Assembly (NCBI GenBank): GCA_040905465.1
Contig: JBBDRK010000078.1
Location: 5,155 to 15,352 of the forward strand
Length of the DNA: 10,198 nucleotides
Source of the DNA: Trueperaceae bacterium
Lineage (GTDB): Bacteria; Deinococcota; Deinococci; Deinococcales; Trueperaceae
Reading direction: 5' to 3'
Positions 8,052 through 10,198 of the stretch are shown piece by piece. Positions within the stretch are counted from its first letter, which is position 1, and each line of letters starts with the position of its first letter. The notes beneath the pieces are model-generated. The model was not told where the DNA came from and did not search any database. It saw nothing but the letters and a program-made list of their open reading frames with translations. The translations under genes and the position numbers were made by a program.

Positions 8052-10198
8052 ATGGAAGGTTTGCTAGCCAGTCTCGCCTCCAGTACCTCATACCTCCCGC
8101 AAGCCGAACAAGCGCGCGTGACTGCTGCGTTCGAATTGGCGGAGCGAGCCCATAGTGGCATGCGCCGCAGGTCCGGCGAGCCCTACATCATGCATCCGGT
8201 AGCGGTAACAGTACTGCTGGCCGAGATGCGGCTCGACGCCGACGCTCTCATCGCCGGCCTGCTCCACGACACCGTCGAAGACACCGACGTAACCTTCGAT
8301 CAGCTCGAAGAGGAGTTCGGCGCCGCGGTGCGGCGGATCGTCGAGGGGGAGACCAAGATCTCCAAGCTCGCGGTGCGCGTGTATGCCGACGAGCAGTCGG
8401 AGAACCTGCGGCAGATGCTGCTGGCGATGATCGGCGACGTCCGCATCATCCTGGTGAAGCTGGCGGACCGGTTGCACAACATGCGGACCCTGACCAGCCT
8501 GGCGCCCGAGAAGCAGCAGCGGATCTCCCGGGAGACGCTGGAGATCTTCGCGCCGCTGGCTCACCGGCTGGGTATCAACCACATCAAGAACGAGCTCGAG
8601 GACTTGTCGTTCTCCTATCTGGAGCCGGACCGCTATCGCCAGCTCCAGCGCCAGGTGCGGATGCGGCATGCCGAGCGAGAGGCGTACGTGCAGCAATCGA
8701 TCGCACTGCTCGACAAGCGAATGCAGTCCGACGGCCTCTGCTTCGAACTCGGCGGCCGCAGCAAGCACCTCTACAGTATCCACCGCAAGATGCAGCGTGA
8801 CGGCAAGAACCTCGATCAGATCTTCGACCTGATGGCGATCCGAGCCATCATCGAGCCGCAAAACGGCGCCGACCTCTCGCGCGAGGATCAGGAGAAGGCG
8901 GTGTGCTACCGCACGCTGGGGATCGTCCACAGCCTGTGGACCCCGATTCCGGGCCGCTTCAAGGACTACGTGGCGGTTCCCAAGCACAACGGCTACCAGT
9001 CGCTGCACACAACTGTGATCGGCCTGCTCGGCCAGCCGATCGAGGTTCAGATCAGGACAAAGCGGATGCACGAGGTGGCCGAGTTCGGGGTGGCGGCTCA
9101 CTGGGCCTACAAGCAGGGCCTGGAGGACACCGACGAGATCCAGAAGCGGCTGGCCTGGATGCAGCAACTGCTGGACGTTGACGACACCACCGAAACCGCC
9201 GATGCCTTCGTGGACGCCGTCAAGAGCGACCTGCTGTCCGAGCGCGTGCTGGTGTTCACGCCGGCCGGAGACGTGCTCAACCTGCCGCGAGGCTCGACGC
9301 CGATCGACTTCGCTTATCAGGTGCACACCGAGGTCGGGCACCGCTGCATCGGTGCCCGGGTGAACGGCGAGATCGTGCCGCTCAGCTACCGCTTGCAGAC
9401 GGGCGACCGGGTGGAGATCCTCACCAATAGATCGTCGCACTACGGGCCGTCGCCCGACTGGCTAAAGTTGGCCGTCACGCGGAGCGCCAAGCAGAAGATC
9501 CGGCATCACTTCCGGCAGCAGGAACGGCAGGGGCAGTTGGAGGTGGGACGCAGGGCTCTCGAGCGCGCCCTCAAGCGGCGTCAGTTGCCGCTGGGCAGCT
9601 ACGCCACCAGGGCGAAACTGGAACAGGCCGCGTCACAACTGCTGAACGGCGACTCGGCCGACGACATCTATCTGGCGCTGGCCGCCAGGCGCCTGCCGGC
9701 CAAGCAGATCCTCGAGGTCCTGGCGCCCGACCAGATGCCGAAGCAGCAGCAGGAGCCGGCGCGGCCGTCCGAGCCGGGCAAGAGCATCTCGGGAGTGCTG
9801 GTGGAAGGGCTCGACTCGCCCGCCAAGCTGGCGCAGTGTTGCTCGCCGGTTCGAGGCGACGACGTGATCGGCTACATAACCAGGGGTAGGGGAGTGACGG
9901 TTCACCGGGTGGACTGTCCCAACGTCAAGCACCTGATGCACCAGCAGGGTGAACGCTTCATCAACGTCGCCTGGGACGCTCCGTCGGGCGAGGTATTCCC
10001 GGTCGACTTCGAGGTCATCGGGGTGGACCGACCGGGCCTGCTCAAGGACGTGCTCGACGTCATTGCCGCGATGAACAAGTCGGCTACGCGGGTCGCGGCG
10101 GACGTGCAGGACATGACCAGCGCGCGCATCCACTTCCGGGTGGACGTGAAAGACCAGTCCGAGATCGACTTCATCAAGACCAACGTCCAGCGGATCGC
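8052..10198 (+). CDS. rel: Bifunctional (p)ppGpp synthetase/hydrolase Rel (long RSH), 3'-truncated by the window edge
   Basis: Read manually: RRSGEPYIMHP, intact HDTVED hydrolase motif (His at 8265), VKLADRLHNMRTL, RFKDY (8955) ...NGYQSLHTTV...EVQIRT synthetase, TGS domain (VFTPAG...TPIDFAY.VHTEVGH), zinc finger (AQCCSP...VHRVDCPN) and ACT domain (DRPGLLKDV). No stop before the window end. Confidence 0.97.
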   Translation, partial: MEGLLASLASSTSYLPQAEQARVTAAFELAERAHSGMRRRSGEPYIMHPVAVTVLLAEMRLDADALIAGLLHDTVEDTDVTFDQLEEEFGAAVRRIVEGETKISKLAVRVYADEQSENLRQMLLAMIGDVRIILVKLADRLHNMRTLTSLAPEKQQRISRETLEIFAPLAHRLGINHIKNELEDLSFSYLEPDRYRQLQRQVRMRHAEREAYVQQSIALLDKRMQSDGLCFELGGRSKHLYSIHRKMQRDGKNLDQIFDLMAIRAIIEPQNGADLSREDQEKAVCYRTLGIVHSLWTPIPGRFKDYVAVPKHNGYQSLHTTVIGLLGQPIEVQIRTKRMHEVAEFGVAAHWAYKQGLEDTDEIQKRLAWMQQLLDVDDTTETADAFVDAVKSDLLSERVLVFTPAGDVLNLPRGSTPIDFAYQVHTEVGHRCIGARVNGEIVPLSYRLQTGDRVEILTNRSSHYGPSPDWLKLAVTRSAKQKIRHHFRQQERQGQLEVGRRALERALKRRQLPLGSYATRAKLEQAASQLLNGDSADDIYLALAARRLPAKQILEVLAPDQMPKQQQEPARPSEPGKSISGVLVEGLDSPAKLAQCCSPVRGDDVIGYITRGRGVTVHRVDCPNVKHLMHQQGERFINVAWDAPSGEVFPVDFEVIGVDRPGLLKDVLDVIAAMNKSATRVAADVQDMTSARIHFRVDVKDQSEIDFIKTNVQRI

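Noticed and set aside
8088-9440. 450-aa minus-strand ORF (and 9633-10133)
   Set aside because: Antisense shadow of rel caused by GC-rich codon bias, with no recognisable motifs.

Overview
GC-rich bacterial chromosomal window with eight genes, all on the + strand. They are: the 3' part of trpC; an SDR oxidoreductase; a tandem pair of M16B peptidase subunits (one non-catalytic, one with HXXEH); an exported LptA/OstA-like beta-jellyroll protein; a compact LptD-like outer-membrane protein; an LptF/LptG-family permease; and a nearly complete bifunctional Rel (RelA/SpoT) gene, which runs off the 3' end and is therefore missing from the ORF track. The TrpC and Rel sequence features and the -10 boxes close to start codons suggest Deinococcota (inferred from recalled homologs, not a search). 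The most interesting signal is an Lpt-like envelope lipid transport module in a lineage generally described as lacking canonical lipid A/LPS. It is linked to the M16 pair, and its permease has a structured leader. I found no mobile elements, CRISPR arrays or canonical RNA genes.
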